Of a stretch of DNA of 64,000 nt, positions 47,448-57,631 are shown one piece after another. Origin of the DNA: Syntrophorhabdaceae bacterium (lineage in GTDB: Bacteria; Desulfobacterota; Syntrophorhabdia; Syntrophorhabdales; Syntrophorhabdaceae); NCBI GenBank assembly GCA_963665295.1, contig OY762209.1, positions 1,664,001 to 1,728,000 on the forward strand. Reading direction: 5' to 3'. Every line of letters starts with the position of its first letter. Positions within the stretch are counted from its first letter, which is position 1. A program made the position numbers and the translations under genes. Below the pieces are notes generated by a model. It was not told where the DNA came from, made no database searches, and was given only the letters and a program-made list of their open reading frames with translations.

Positions 47448-48239
47448 CTACTGGATCTTATAGGTTATCGGCAGCGTAACTACTACCCGGTGCGGCATTT
47501 TCTTGCGCATTACCGTGTTTTCCACCCCCTCTTTTGCGTTTTCGTCGAGGACGCTGAAACCGGAACCGCTCACTACCCTGACTTCCCTGGTAGCGCCGTT
47601 TTCAAGGACAACGAAGGAAAGGACCACCTTCCCCTCCAGGCCCATCCTTCTCGCCCGTTCCGGGTATCTGATGTTTTTCATTACCGTGTCGCGGATATAG
47701 TAATAATCGCTTCCCCCTTGAATCGCTTCCCCTTGACCATTGCCCGGCCCCCCGTTGCCCTTTCCGGAGCCCCCGGAGCGCGGACTGCCTCCTGTTCCTG
47801 TCCCTTCCGAACGTCCGGAGCCATGACCATCTTCGCGCCCCTCGCCGCCGGCAGACCCATAGGGCGGTATCGATGCCGCCGAATCCGCCTGGGGGGACGG
47901 GACTTGGTCCATGACAGGAACAACGGATTGCCTTCTTCCGGGATCGGGTGAAGCCGCCTGTCCGGAAGGGGCGGGGCTGCGGCTTGGAGAAGGCGCGTTT
48001 CTCTTCCCGCCCGGTCTCCCGCCCTCTTTTTGCCCTGGACCCTCCTTTACACTTCCCGGTCCCGTAACAAGCGTGAGGTCCGCCACGACGATTTCCGCAC
48101 CTTTGCGCGGCTCCGAGACCAGAACGGCGAAGATCAGTACGATGGAAAGATGAAGAATTACGGACACGGCCAAAGCGAAGTGAAGGTCCTTCATCCGTCC
48201 CGGGAGCGTATTCCGCCGCTTAGGGCGAAGACTTGCCAT
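47448..48239 (-). CDS. tonB: TonB energy transducer
   Basis: SVILH TM anchor, P/G-rich linker, YPERARRMGLEGKV..SF.V, SG..VLD..A. Start uncertain (48194-48290). Confidence 0.85.
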   Translation of the reverse strand: MASLRPKRRNTLPGRMKDLHFALAVSVILHLSIVLIFAVLVSEPRKGAEIVVADLTLVTGPGSVKEGPGQKEGGRPGGKRNAPSPSRSPAPSGQAASPDPGRRQSVVPVMDQVPSPQADSAASIPPYGSAGGEGREDGHGSGRSEGTGTGGSPRSGGSGKGNGGPGNGQGEAIQGGSDYYYIRDTVMKNIRYPERARRMGLEGKVVLSFVVLENGATREVRVVSGSGFSVLDENAKEGVENTVMRKKMPHRVVVTLPITYKIQ

Positions 48240-48442
48240 CCCGTCGCCTGCGACGGGGCAGCTTATCATGTCTGTTGCCGAGTTTCGCATGTTCCTCAAA
48301 AATGTAACACTATCATATCCGGAGTCCTTCCACCTCCGTCCTAATCTATTACAAAAACGATTCCTTGTCAAAGAAGCTGTTGCCGCAGGCAATGGGCTCC
48401 TGCGGTTATGTTCCCTGCCGGGATTCATCACGACGAAAAGAT

Positions 48443-48489
48443 TTGACATGGATATCCATGAATGCTACGATTCATGTGATAGTAGCATT
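48443..48489 (+). promoter_or_regulatory. nikR sigma70 promoter overlapped by a NikR-type operator
   Basis: TTGACA (48443-48448)-17 bp-TACGAT with an extended TG. Perfect inverted repeat AATGCTAC-N13-GTAGCATT (48461-48489). Confidence 0.75.
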
Positions 48490-48499
48490 AAGGAGGGGT

Positions 48500-48916
48500 A
48501 TGTCGGAGCTTGTGCGATTCGGAGTTTCCTTAAGCAGAGAGTTGCTCGAAAAGTTCGACAGCCTCATCAGGGAGAGAAACTACACCAACCGGTCCGAGGC
48601 CTTCCGGGATCTCATACGCCAGGAACTGATAAAGAAACAGTGGCAGGAGGGAGAGGACATCGCAGGGGCCATTACCCTCATCTACGATCACCACAGGAAA
48701 GACCTTCTCAGCAAGATAACCGACATACAGCACAACTTTCAGACAACGATCATCTGCACTCAGCATATACACCTGGACCATGATAATTGCCTGGAAATAC
48801 TGGCGGTAAAGGGTAGCCCCGTCGAAGTCAAGAAGCTGGCCAATACCTTGACCTCAATCAAGGGGGTGAAACATGGAACCTTGAGCATGTCGGGCACCGG
48901 CGAGGCAATCGACTGA
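48500..48916 (+). CDS. nikR: Nickel-responsive regulator
   Basis: RHH motif RFGVSL...NRSEAFRDLIR, YDHH, HIHLDHDNCLE Ni site. AAGGAGG RBS. Confidence 0.95.
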   Translation: MSELVRFGVSLSRELLEKFDSLIRERNYTNRSEAFRDLIRQELIKKQWQEGEDIAGAITLIYDHHRKDLLSKITDIQHNFQTTIICTQHIHLDHDNCLEILAVKGSPVEVKKLANTLTSIKGVKHGTLSMSGTGEAID

Positions 48917-48919
48917 CCC

Positions 48920-49083
48920 GTGCTCTTTTTTTCTCCATGGTGGCACGATATATATAGTAGTAGCACCAAGTGGTTTTGTAGCTGGAGAATAGGACGGGCA
49001 GTAAAAAGAGAATCGAAGATAAATAAGGCTATTGGATGCCGGAGCAAAAATATGTAGTGGCACGATTAGTTATTTCGTTATAT
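48920..49083 (+). promoter_or_regulatory. Candidate NikR boxes upstream of the TonB receptor
   Basis: GTGCTCT-N13-GTGGCAC-N13-GTAGCAC (48920-48966) overlapping TATAGT, and GTGGCAC-N13-GTTATAT (49057-49083). Confidence 0.5.
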
Positions 49084-49311
49084 GTGACCATCACGGAATC
49101 AGGTAGGTCGCATCGCGCCATAGAGGAACGGCGGGAAGCGGCCCGTGTTGCAGCCACAGGGTGAAAAGATACAAGTATCGGAGGAACAGGGTCGACCTTG
49201 GCGGGAGAACCCCTGCCCCCCCGATGAGAGAAAGCGATGTGTGCCACCGCCTGCCCTTTGTCTACCATTATAGCAGAGGAGGTGGTGAAGGAAAAGGAGG
49301 AGAAGGGTTTT

Positions 49312-51411
49312 ATGGGGAATATTGTCAAAATCATGATATGTCTTCTTGCCTTCGTCTTTGCCGTAAGCATACCGGCGCCGGCGCAAGAGCCGAAGAAAGG
49401 GCATGGGGAGGGGAAGATCAAAGAGGAAAAGGCTGCATTGGAAGAGATTACCGTGACGGCTCAGCCGCACGATAACCCGGCCGTTCCAATCGATACTCAG
49501 TACGGCACCCAGTACAATGTGGTGACGGAGGACCAGATCAAGGAGCAGAATTCATACGATCTCCCGTCCGCCTTGCGCGATGTGCCGGGTGTCATGTCTC
49601 AGAGCAGGAACATGATAGGAAGCCAGACGAGCCACAGCATTTACATCCGGGGCAGGGGCGCAAGCCACCCCGGTTCCGATCTTGTCATCGAGTTCGACGG
49701 CGCGCCCCGTTATGGCGCATTGTTCGGCCAGGCGCTCGCCGACGGCATTCCCGTAACCGCCATCGGGGGGATAGAGATTTTCAAGAGTCCCCAGCCCGCT
49801 CAGTTCGGAAGCGGTTACGCCCTTATCAATATCCTGCCTAAATACCTGACTAAAGAAGGGCGGGAGGCGGTGCTCAACTCCAGCGCAGGGAGTTATCACA
49901 CGTACAACGAGAGTTTTTCCACCGGCATCAGGAAGGGGCCTTTCGACATCTACGCCGCCCAGAGCTGGTTGCAGACGCAGGGGGATCGCGCCAATTCAGG
50001 CACCTGGCAGCAAAGCTATTACGCCAATACCGGTTACCGGCTTACGAACGAGTGGAATGTGAGGATACTGGCAAACTATGTAAAAGGCAGCACCGACGCT
50101 CCCATGCCGAACAAGATACCCAGCGCGACAAACGGGGTGAGCTGGCCTATGGCGGAAAGCTTCGACACGGAGACCTTTTTCGGCACCTTCACGGTGAACC
50201 ATAAATACGAGCACGCGACGGGCTACCTCAAGGCCTATGTGAACCGCACGGACTTTGACCTCCTGCAGGAATTAACGGGCAGCGGCCAGCGTTACGCAGG
50301 GGGCACCGGGGGTTTGAGGTCCCGTCAGGAGATCAGGCTTCAGGGATTCCGGGGCAGGGAGACACTCAACCTCTGGAAGAACGGGGAACTTCGGTTCGGG
50401 GCGGATTTCGATATGACCGATGTGGAGAACACAGAATCGACGTACAATGGAAACGCCGCGCCGGGGATCAACGGGGGCTTATGCAAAAGAGAGTGGAATT
50501 TCCCCAATACCAGGCTCTTCTCCCCCTATGCGGCCATAAGTCAGGCATTCGGCCGACCGGAGGGTTTCCACATCACCCCCTCCGCGGGGGGGCGCTATTA
50601 TGACCATAACGAGTTCAGGAGCAAGTCCGCGGGACAGGCAGGTGTGGTTGCGGGCTACGCCAATACCGATCTTCGCCTCAATTATTCCCGTGGCGTGAAC
50701 TACCCGACCCCCATAGCGCTCATGAATTTCGTGAACAGCGCTTCGCCTGTACCCAATCCCAGCCAATACTGGAAGGATCTGAAGCCTGAAGTCGTGGACC
50801 ATTATGAAGCGGGCCTGACCCATGCCTGGTCCACGACGGCTACCGCCTCCGCCACGGCCTTTTATGACAAAGGGAAGGACCGTTTCCAGGCCTATATGTT
50901 CGGACCCGTCCCCGTTCAGTTCAATGACCCCATCGGCGACTACGAGATCCGGGGGTTGGAGCTTGCGGGAACCGCAAAGCCCGCAAAGAACCTTGAGTTC
51001 TTTGCCGGAACCACCTGGATGCAGGCAAAAGCCACCGGCAGCAACGGGATTGAACGTGATCATATGCCTTATACTCCCGGCTTTCAATTACAGGCCGGCG
51101 CCAAATGGGCATTCCTTCGGAGCTTCCGGCTCTTCGCGGACATGCAGCATCTTGCCAATCTGTACCAGGGCACCGCGTCCCGGGCGGGCACCCTCAATAT
51201 CAGTAATCCGGGCTCTATCAACAAGCTGGACGACATCACCCTGTTCAATGCCCGTTTAAGCTATCATTTCGACTATAAACCGTGGCACTTCAGTGATTCG
51301 GAAGTCTTTTTGGCGGTAAACAACATCTTCAACCAGAGCTATGAATACGCCAAGGGCTACCCCATGCCGGGGACCACGATATTTGCGGGATTCATCGTGA
51401 AAGTGCAATGA
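49312..51411 (+). CDS. TonB-dependent receptor (probably Ni or a Ni-chelate)
   Basis: Signal peptide, TonB box EEITVTA, plug (LRDVPGV, IYIRG), VNNIFN..YE...GYPMPG barrel end. NikR context. Confidence 0.88.
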   Translation: MGNIVKIMICLLAFVFAVSIPAPAQEPKKGHGEGKIKEEKAALEEITVTAQPHDNPAVPIDTQYGTQYNVVTEDQIKEQNSYDLPSALRDVPGVMSQSRNMIGSQTSHSIYIRGRGASHPGSDLVIEFDGAPRYGALFGQALADGIPVTAIGGIEIFKSPQPAQFGSGYALINILPKYLTKEGREAVLNSSAGSYHTYNESFSTGIRKGPFDIYAAQSWLQTQGDRANSGTWQQSYYANTGYRLTNEWNVRILANYVKGSTDAPMPNKIPSATNGVSWPMAESFDTETFFGTFTVNHKYEHATGYLKAYVNRTDFDLLQELTGSGQRYAGGTGGLRSRQEIRLQGFRGRETLNLWKNGELRFGADFDMTDVENTESTYNGNAAPGINGGLCKREWNFPNTRLFSPYAAISQAFGRPEGFHITPSAGGRYYDHNEFRSKSAGQAGVVAGYANTDLRLNYSRGVNYPTPIALMNFVNSASPVPNPSQYWKDLKPEVVDHYEAGLTHAWSTTATASATAFYDKGKDRFQAYMFGPVPVQFNDPIGDYEIRGLELAGTAKPAKNLEFFAGTTWMQAKATGSNGIERDHMPYTPGFQLQAGAKWAFLRSFRLFADMQHLANLYQGTASRAGTLNISNPGSINKLDDITLFNARLSYHFDYKPWHFSDSEVFLAVNNIFNQSYEYAKGYPMPGTTIFAGFIVKVQ

Positions 51412-52283
51412 GGTCATTCTCTATGAGAAAAGGTGCATTATTTCTTGTTGTGGCGGCAATAGGGCTCCTATGTTTCTTTGGCGGCTGTTCCGATAAATCG
51501 AAAGACGAGGGCGCAACGGGTCCGCGTATTATCATGGCATCGGACACAATCCTGTCAGGCATGATCGCCTCTCTCCTGCCTTCCCATCGTTACCGCGTGG
51601 AAGCCATCCTCCCGCCCGGACAGTGCCCCGGCCACTATGATGTAAAGCTCACGGATATCGCGAAAATGAAGCAGGCTGTCCTCGTCGTCTCATTCAGGGA
51701 CATGCCCTTCATGGGCAAGGCCGTGGCGGACGGCGGAGCGCAGCTTCTTCTGGACACGGGCGGGCGTAACTGGATGGCCCCGGATTCCTATGTGTATGGG
51801 GTGGGCATCCTCGCCGATGAGCTTACGAAAGTATTCCCCGAAGACAAGGCCGCAATAATGACCGGGAAAGAAAGAACGGTCCGCGAGGTGAAAGCCGAGG
51901 CGGAGCGCCTCACTGAAAGGATCAGGCAGCGGGGACTAATAGGAAGGTCTGGTATCGCCTCCTTCATGCAGAAGGAAACGCTTGAGTGGATGGGCATCCG
52001 TGTGGTGGGGGAATACGGCAGACAGGAAGCGATGTCCACAAGGGAGGTTGTACGCCTTTGCGAAATAGGGAAAAATCACCATGCGGTCATGGTAGTAGAC
52101 AACCTCCAATCCGGCCCGGACACGGGGAAGGGAATTGCCGAGACATTGAAGGTGCCCCATGTCGTGCTGACGAATTTTCCATCGGAAAAAGGCTATCTCC
52201 CCACCCTCGAAGAGAACGTGGATGCCGTGCTGAAGAGCGTCGCGAAGATGACGCTGAATCCACTGCCCAGGGACCGGCCATGA
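51408..52283 (+). CDS. Metal ABC transporter substrate-binding lipoprotein (ZnuA/TroA-like)
   Basis: Lipobox FGGC, PPGQCPGHYD, NWMAP. ATGA overlap with the receptor. Confidence 0.8.
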   Translation: MRSFSMRKGALFLVVAAIGLLCFFGGCSDKSKDEGATGPRIIMASDTILSGMIASLLPSHRYRVEAILPPGQCPGHYDVKLTDIAKMKQAVLVVSFRDMPFMGKAVADGGAQLLLDTGGRNWMAPDSYVYGVGILADELTKVFPEDKAAIMTGKERTVREVKAEAERLTERIRQRGLIGRSGIASFMQKETLEWMGIRVVGEYGRQEAMSTREVVRLCEIGKNHHAVMVVDNLQSGPDTGKGIAETLKVPHVVLTNFPSEKGYLPTLEENVDAVLKSVAKMTLNPLPRDRP

Positions 52284-53056
52284 GCGGGTACGTGATAGAA
52301 CTCAACGGCGTAACGGTCCGAAAAGGAAAAGGTTTGCTCCTGGACACCTTCAGCCTCGCCGTGTCGCAGGGCGAGTTCGTCGGGGTAATAGGACCCAATG
52401 GCGCAGGGAAGACTACCCTTCTCAATGTGATTGCCGGTCTTGAGAGGTTCGAGGGAACGGTCAATCTTTTCGGACGCCGCGAAACGTGGACTCGCTCCCG
52501 TAAAACGCGGCTCCGCGTCGGCTATGTCCCACAATCATTCCAGATTGATCCGGCCTTCCCGATGCGGGTGACTGAGGCGGTAATGACCGGTGCGACCGGC
52601 CGGATAGGACTCTTTCGCTCTCCCGGCAGGAGGGAGAGGGAAAGAGCTGCACGCCTGATGGAAACGATGCGTGTGGCCCATCTCGCGGACAGACCGCTCG
52701 GCCGGCTTTCCGGCGGTGAATTGCAGAAAGTCTCTCTGGCTCGGGCCATCCTTCAGAAGCCGGATATCCTTCTCATGGACGAGCCGACGGCAGGCCTGGA
52801 TATCGCCATCCAGAGGGAAGTCTTGAACCTCATAAATGAAATTCATGAGCGTGAATCCTTGACCTTGCTTTTTGTCACCCACGATTTCACAATGCTCCCC
52901 ACTGCGATGCGGCGCGCCGTACTCGTGAAACACGGGAAGACCGTTTTCGACGGTGACACAAGCGAGGCATTGTCGGGCGAGACGCTAAGCAGGCTCTTTC
53001 AGTACCCCCTTGAGACTTTTGAGCGAAAAGGGAGGAGGTTTGTTTCCTATGGTTGA
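52280..53056 (+). CDS. Metal ABC transporter ATPase
   Basis: GPNGAGKTT, GYVPQ, LSGGE, MDEPT, VTHD. Confidence 0.9.
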   Translation: MSGYVIELNGVTVRKGKGLLLDTFSLAVSQGEFVGVIGPNGAGKTTLLNVIAGLERFEGTVNLFGRRETWTRSRKTRLRVGYVPQSFQIDPAFPMRVTEAVMTGATGRIGLFRSPGRRERERAARLMETMRVAHLADRPLGRLSGGELQKVSLARAILQKPDILLMDEPTAGLDIAIQREVLNLINEIHERESLTLLFVTHDFTMLPTAMRRAVLVKHGKTVFDGDTSEALSGETLSRLFQYPLETFERKGRRFVSYG

Positions 53057-53921
53057 ACATCTGGCGGACGCGTTTGCGTATCCTCCCATCCAGCGCGCCG
53101 CTCTTGCCTGCGTACTCTGCGGAGTGAGTTGCTCCGTGCTCTCCGTGTTTATCGTTCTCATGAAGATGCCCCTCATAGGGGTCGCCATGTCCCACGCCGC
53201 CCTCGCGGGCGCCGTGCTGGGCATGCTCATTGGTGTCAACCCGTTCCTCAGCGGGTTTGCCTTGTGCCTTGCGGTGGCGGGACTGATAGGCCCCCTTTCG
53301 GACCGTACGGATATGGCGCCGGAGAACGTGCTCGGAATCATATTCTCCTTTCTCATGGGGCTTGCCTTCCTCGGAATGGGAGTCCTCACGAGGACAAAGG
53401 CCGGGGCCTTGAACCTCATGTGGGGAAGCCTGCTCAGCCTCACCGGAGCGGACATCATGGTGCTCACTGCCGTCGCATCGGTTCTCGTACTTTTTGTAGT
53501 AATGTTCTTCAAGGAGATCCGTTCCGTGATGTTCAACAGGCGGCTTGCCGGGGCAAGCGGCGTCCGTGAGCGGTTTATCTATTATGCCCTTCTCTTTCTC
53601 ACCGGGGCCGTGGTCTCTTCCAACCTCGCGACGGTCGGCGGTCTTCTTATCTTCGCGCTGCTCGTGCAGCCGGGGGCCACAGCGCTCCAATTGACGTATA
53701 ACCTGAATCACTTCTTCTTCATTTCCGTGGCTTCAGGGACCGGGGCCTGTGTCTCCGGTCTCATAGTATCGTATATCTTTGATCTTCCGTCCGGCGCGTC
53801 GGTTGTTCTCATGGCGACAGCCATCTTTACGGTCTCTTACATCTTTTCGCCCAAACGCCGTGCGGCAAGAATCACGAAAAGGAGCACATCTTATGAAAAT
53901 GACACCCGACGAAATCTATAG
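53049..53921 (+). CDS. Metal ABC transporter permease (ABC-3/ZnuB family)
   Basis: MSHAALAG, NLMWGSLL, VGGLL...LLV.PGATA, DLPSGAS. Confidence 0.9.
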   Translation: MVEHLADAFAYPPIQRAALACVLCGVSCSVLSVFIVLMKMPLIGVAMSHAALAGAVLGMLIGVNPFLSGFALCLAVAGLIGPLSDRTDMAPENVLGIIFSFLMGLAFLGMGVLTRTKAGALNLMWGSLLSLTGADIMVLTAVASVLVLFVVMFFKEIRSVMFNRRLAGASGVRERFIYYALLFLTGAVVSSNLATVGGLLIFALLVQPGATALQLTYNLNHFFFISVASGTGACVSGLIVSYIFDLPSGASVVLMATAIFTVSYIFSPKRRAARITKRSTSYENDTRRNL

Positions 53922-54531
53922 GACGCGTAAGAGGTTCTTCAACGACCACGCCGAAAGCTGGCGCGATATGTGGTACAAAGACCCGGCTACCGGGCGTCAC
54001 GATAAACATGTGAAGGATTTTGAGCGGCTCTTTTCGCTCCTGCCTCTCAAGCCGGGAGACCACGTACTGGACGTGGGGTGTGGAACGGGGGTACTGGTCA
54101 CACCAATTCTTGACCGCATCTCCGTAACCGGCATGCTCTACGAACTTGACTTCGCGGATAAGATGATAGAGGCCAATCGGCACCTCCATGGTGAAGACAA
54201 CATTCGATTCATCGTTTCGGACGCGGAAGACGCGCCGCTCGATGACGTCTCTTGCGATGTGGTTATCTGCTTCTCTTGCTTTCCACACTTTCAGGACAAG
54301 GGAAAGGCCTTGACGAACCTTTCGCGCATCCTCAAACCGGGCGGGGTTTTTGCCGTGGCGCATTTCGACTCGTCGGTAGGTATAAACAAACACCACGGAT
54401 CATGCCATGCCGTCATGCACGACCATCTACCCGACGAGACTGCCATGCGCTCTTTGCTGCACGCAGCGGGCCTGGCCATTGATCTGTTTATCGATGAACC
54501 TGGTTTCTATTGCATTCTTGCAGGGAAATAG
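53893..54531 (+). CDS. Class I SAM-dependent methyltransferase
   Basis: VLDVGCGTG, CFPHF, LKPGG. His-rich segment KHHGSCHAVMHDH. Confidence 0.88.
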   Translation: MKMTPDEIYRTRKRFFNDHAESWRDMWYKDPATGRHDKHVKDFERLFSLLPLKPGDHVLDVGCGTGVLVTPILDRISVTGMLYELDFADKMIEANRHLHGEDNIRFIVSDAEDAPLDDVSCDVVICFSCFPHFQDKGKALTNLSRILKPGGVFAVAHFDSSVGINKHHGSCHAVMHDHLPDETAMRSLLHAAGLAIDLFIDEPGFYCILAGK

Positions 54532-54775
54532 TCCGCGAAGGATGCCGCAACGACAGAGATAGTCTCAGGATATCAGCTCGGTAAATAGCCGGTCGCGGCG
54601 TGAAAATCGAGTTTGGCAAAAAACTCACCACGTATACCTTCAAAAAGCGTAGACTATACATTGCCGTATTTGGTTGCCGGTGCAGTAAGATGTGAAGGCC
54701 GGATAATGACGGCCGCCCGTATTATGTTCAGTAAAGCGCAGTTGAAGCAAAAAAAGAATGGGGAGATAAGAACAT

Positions 54776-54991
54776 ATGGATGAAGAATTGAGAAAATTAG
54801 ATGTATTTCTGGATTACCTGATTCAGCATAACAGAGACCATGCGGAGGAGATTACTGTTCTGGCACAAAAGGCAAAGAACCTTGGAGAGGCCGTGGTGTA
54901 CGACGACCTGGCAAGGGGGATTGAACATATGAAGCGGTTGAACGAAAGTCTGGAACATGCCCTCGTCGTATTGAGGGAAAAAGGGAGGTAG
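54776..54991 (+). CDS. Small helical His-containing protein (probable metal-binding)
   Basis: GGAG RBS, YLIQHNRDHAEE motif. Immediately upstream of cooT. Confidence 0.7.
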   Translation: MDEELRKLDVFLDYLIQHNRDHAEEITVLAQKAKNLGEAVVYDDLARGIEHMKRLNESLEHALVVLREKGR

Positions 54992-54994
54992 AAT

Positions 54995-55180
54995 ATGTGC
55001 TTGGCAAAGGCATATCTAAAGAAGGACGATGGGAATGAGATCCTCTTAAAGGACATAGCTTATTTGGAGATATCGGAGAAAACTATCACTCTCACCACCC
55101 TTTTGCGGGAGACAGAAACGATAGAGGCAAGCATAAAAAGTATAAATTTTGTCCGGGGAAGCATCCTCCTTGAAAAATAG
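54995..55180 (+). CDS. cooT: CooT family nickel-binding protein
   Basis: N-terminal MCL.KAY, all-beta 61-aa protein ending I.L. GGAGG RBS. Confidence 0.8.
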   Translation: MCLAKAYLKKDDGNEILLKDIAYLEISEKTITLTTLLRETETIEASIKSINFVRGSILLEK

Positions 55181-55309
55181 GGCGGTGTAAATCGGTGAGC
55201 CCCATTACGGCGCAGGATCAAGCTCTTCTTTCGAAAAAATACCTTGCGCCTATGGCATTCCCACAAAAACCTGTTGCAAATCGGAAGAGCTTTATGTCAA
55301 ACTCAAACA

Positions 55310-55470
55310 ATAAACGCGTAGCCGGTCTTCAAGGGAAGGAAGTGAGAATCTTCCGCTGTCCCGCAACTGTGAAGGTCAAGGCGGCACGCATGGGTCATTG
55401 ACCCGGCCACTACCCTCAAACGGGTGGGAAGGCGCGACAAGCCGCGATACCTAAGCCAGGATACCTTGGA
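55310..55470 (+). ncRNA. Cobalamin riboswitch
   Basis: GGT...AAGGGAA...GAAT...CTGTCCCGCAACTGT, GCCACT...GGGAAGGC and B12 box AAGCCAGGATACCT, upstream of a Btu-type operon. Boundaries approximate. Confidence 0.9.
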
Positions 55471-55605
55471 TCGGTCTAAATCCACACGCAATTCCTTACG
55501 AGGCATAAGGAGGGGCACATGAGAACCGATCCACCCTAAATCCTTCATTTCACGTCAACAAACCAATTCGAAATTCTATCCGTGTTGTCATGAAAAGGAG
55601 GAGCC

Positions 55606-57606
55606 ATGCGCATTTTCGCTACAGCGGCCATTTGTCTTTGTCTATCGGCCTACACCTTTCTACCCTCACATGCAGGAGAGACGCCCTATAAGCTCGATGA
55701 TATCGTGGTGACGGCATCGAGGACGCCGTCCCATATCATAGAGGCCCCCGCGAATATCTCGATTATCACCAAAGAAGACATCGAGGAGATGGGGGCGACC
55801 ACCATCATCGATATATTCAAGCGAGAGCCCGGTGTCTTTACGTCCAATCTCTTAGGCAACCCCAAGGGCGCCCAGATAGACATACGGGGCTACGGGGAGA
55901 CAGCCCCTCAGAACGTCCTTTTCCTTGTGGACGGGAGGCGTATCAACAGTGTCGAAATGTCCGGACCCGACCTCGCGCAGGTCCCCATCGAGATGATAGA
56001 GCGGGTGGAGATTTACAGGGGACCCGCCACAGCCCTTTACGGAGACAATGCCGTGGCAGGGGCGGTGAATATCATCACAAAGAGGGGAGAGGGCAAGCCC
56101 ACGGTCAAGGCGGGCATGATGGCAGGAAGTTACGCCACCTACTCGTCTACTCTGAGCACGTCGGGAAGAGCGGAGAAACTCAGCTACTACACCCTCGGGT
56201 CGTCCTATGACACGAACGGATACCGGCAGAACAACAACCTTCAGATGAAGGACCTCTTCGGCGGCTTCACCTTCGACGCCTTCCGGAGCCTCTCCTTCTC
56301 CCTTAAGGCGGGCTACCACAAGGACCGTTACGGCATGCCGGGGTCGTTGTCCACCGCTGATCTTTGGAGCGGCAAATATGACCGTCAGAACTCCAAGACC
56401 CCTTTCGACTACGCCTTTACGGAGGACAGCTTTACCGATATGGGAACGGATATAAAGCTTCCCCATGAGATCACGGTCTCACTCTATGGCTCCTACAGGA
56501 ACCGCCACGCCGGGTATCGCTACGACGCATCCTCTTACGATGGTAGAAACACGCTTGAGACCTATGGGCTCACTCCCAAGTTGACCGTGGCGACCCCTGT
56601 CTTTGGACTCAGAAACACCCTTGTCGCCGGTTTCGACTATTATAACTCTCCCGCTACCATGGGGAGTTTCAGCCCCTCTTACTTTATCAGCTCCACTACG
56701 AGGATCAGAAAGACGGACGGGGCCTTCTACGTCAATGACGATTTCTCTCTCCTCAAGGACCTGACCCTGGGCTTTGGCTACAGGTTCCAGAAAACATCAT
56801 ATGACATAGACTATTTCGACGATTACGGCTTCATCAAACCCGTGAACGACACGACCCATGAACAAAAGGACGCCTACCGGGCTCACGTAAACTACCTCCT
56901 CGGCAAGGACGGAAACCTTTTCCTCACGTGGGCGAAAGGCTTCAGGATGCCAACCACCGATGAACTTTTCAGCCCCTATTCATCACCGCCCATAAACCAG
57001 AACCTCGTTCCCCAGGTGACCAAGGAGGTGGACGCAGGCATCCGTTATAACATCACGAACCGGATCGGGGGGAGCCTCACCTGTTTCCAGGCGAGGACGG
57101 ATAATGAAATCTATTACAACCCTTACACCTATACGAACGGCAACTACGACAAGACAAAAAGAGAAGGCGTGGAGGCGGCGGTATACCTGACCCTCACGAA
57201 GGATCTGAGCCTCGACCTCCTCTATTCATACACGGACGCGAGGTTTGACGGAGGAGCCTTTGACGGGAACCGCATACCCCTTGTCCCGAGGGACAAGTTT
57301 TCATCCAAGCTTACGTACACGTGGAGCGGTTTTACCGCCAACGCCATTCTGACCTATGTGGGTCCCCGGTACCTCATAAGCGATCAGCAGAACCAGCTTC
57401 CCATGCTTCCGGGGGTCACTCTGCTCGACCTTACCGCGAAGTATGTCTTCAAAGGCGTACAGGTATACTTCGGTACAAAGAACGTGACGGGAAAGCAGTA
57501 CAGCGAATATGGAGTGGCGAGCTACAGTTATACCGGCAAAGCCACAGCCAATTTCTATCCGTCCGCTGAGAGGCAGTTCGTGGGTGGGGTATCGTATGCG
57601 TTTTAG
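55606..57606 (+). CDS. btuB: TonB-dependent cobalamin receptor
   Basis: Signal peptide, DDIVVTASR, IDIRG, IERVEIYRGP..ALYG..A..G.VNIITK, terminal Phe. Downstream of the B12 riboswitch. Confidence 0.88.
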   Translation: MRIFATAAICLCLSAYTFLPSHAGETPYKLDDIVVTASRTPSHIIEAPANISIITKEDIEEMGATTIIDIFKREPGVFTSNLLGNPKGAQIDIRGYGETAPQNVLFLVDGRRINSVEMSGPDLAQVPIEMIERVEIYRGPATALYGDNAVAGAVNIITKRGEGKPTVKAGMMAGSYATYSSTLSTSGRAEKLSYYTLGSSYDTNGYRQNNNLQMKDLFGGFTFDAFRSLSFSLKAGYHKDRYGMPGSLSTADLWSGKYDRQNSKTPFDYAFTEDSFTDMGTDIKLPHEITVSLYGSYRNRHAGYRYDASSYDGRNTLETYGLTPKLTVATPVFGLRNTLVAGFDYYNSPATMGSFSPSYFISSTTRIRKTDGAFYVNDDFSLLKDLTLGFGYRFQKTSYDIDYFDDYGFIKPVNDTTHEQKDAYRAHVNYLLGKDGNLFLTWAKGFRMPTTDELFSPYSSPPINQNLVPQVTKEVDAGIRYNITNRIGGSLTCFQARTDNEIYYNPYTYTNGNYDKTKREGVEAAVYLTLTKDLSLDLLYSYTDARFDGGAFDGNRIPLVPRDKFSSKLTYTWSGFTANAILTYVGPRYLISDQQNQLPMLPGVTLLDLTAKYVFKGVQVYFGTKNVTGKQYSEYGVASYSYTGKATANFYPSAERQFVGGVSYAF

Positions 57607-57631
57607 AAGAAGGGGGCACGGGGCCGCGAAG

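Noticed and set aside
45988..47463. 491-aa plus-strand ORF
   Set aside because: Antisense to the GlcD-like gene.
48941..49072. TGGCACG as sigma54 -24 elements
   Set aside because: The required TTGC at -12 is missing. The sites fit the NikR half-site spacing better.
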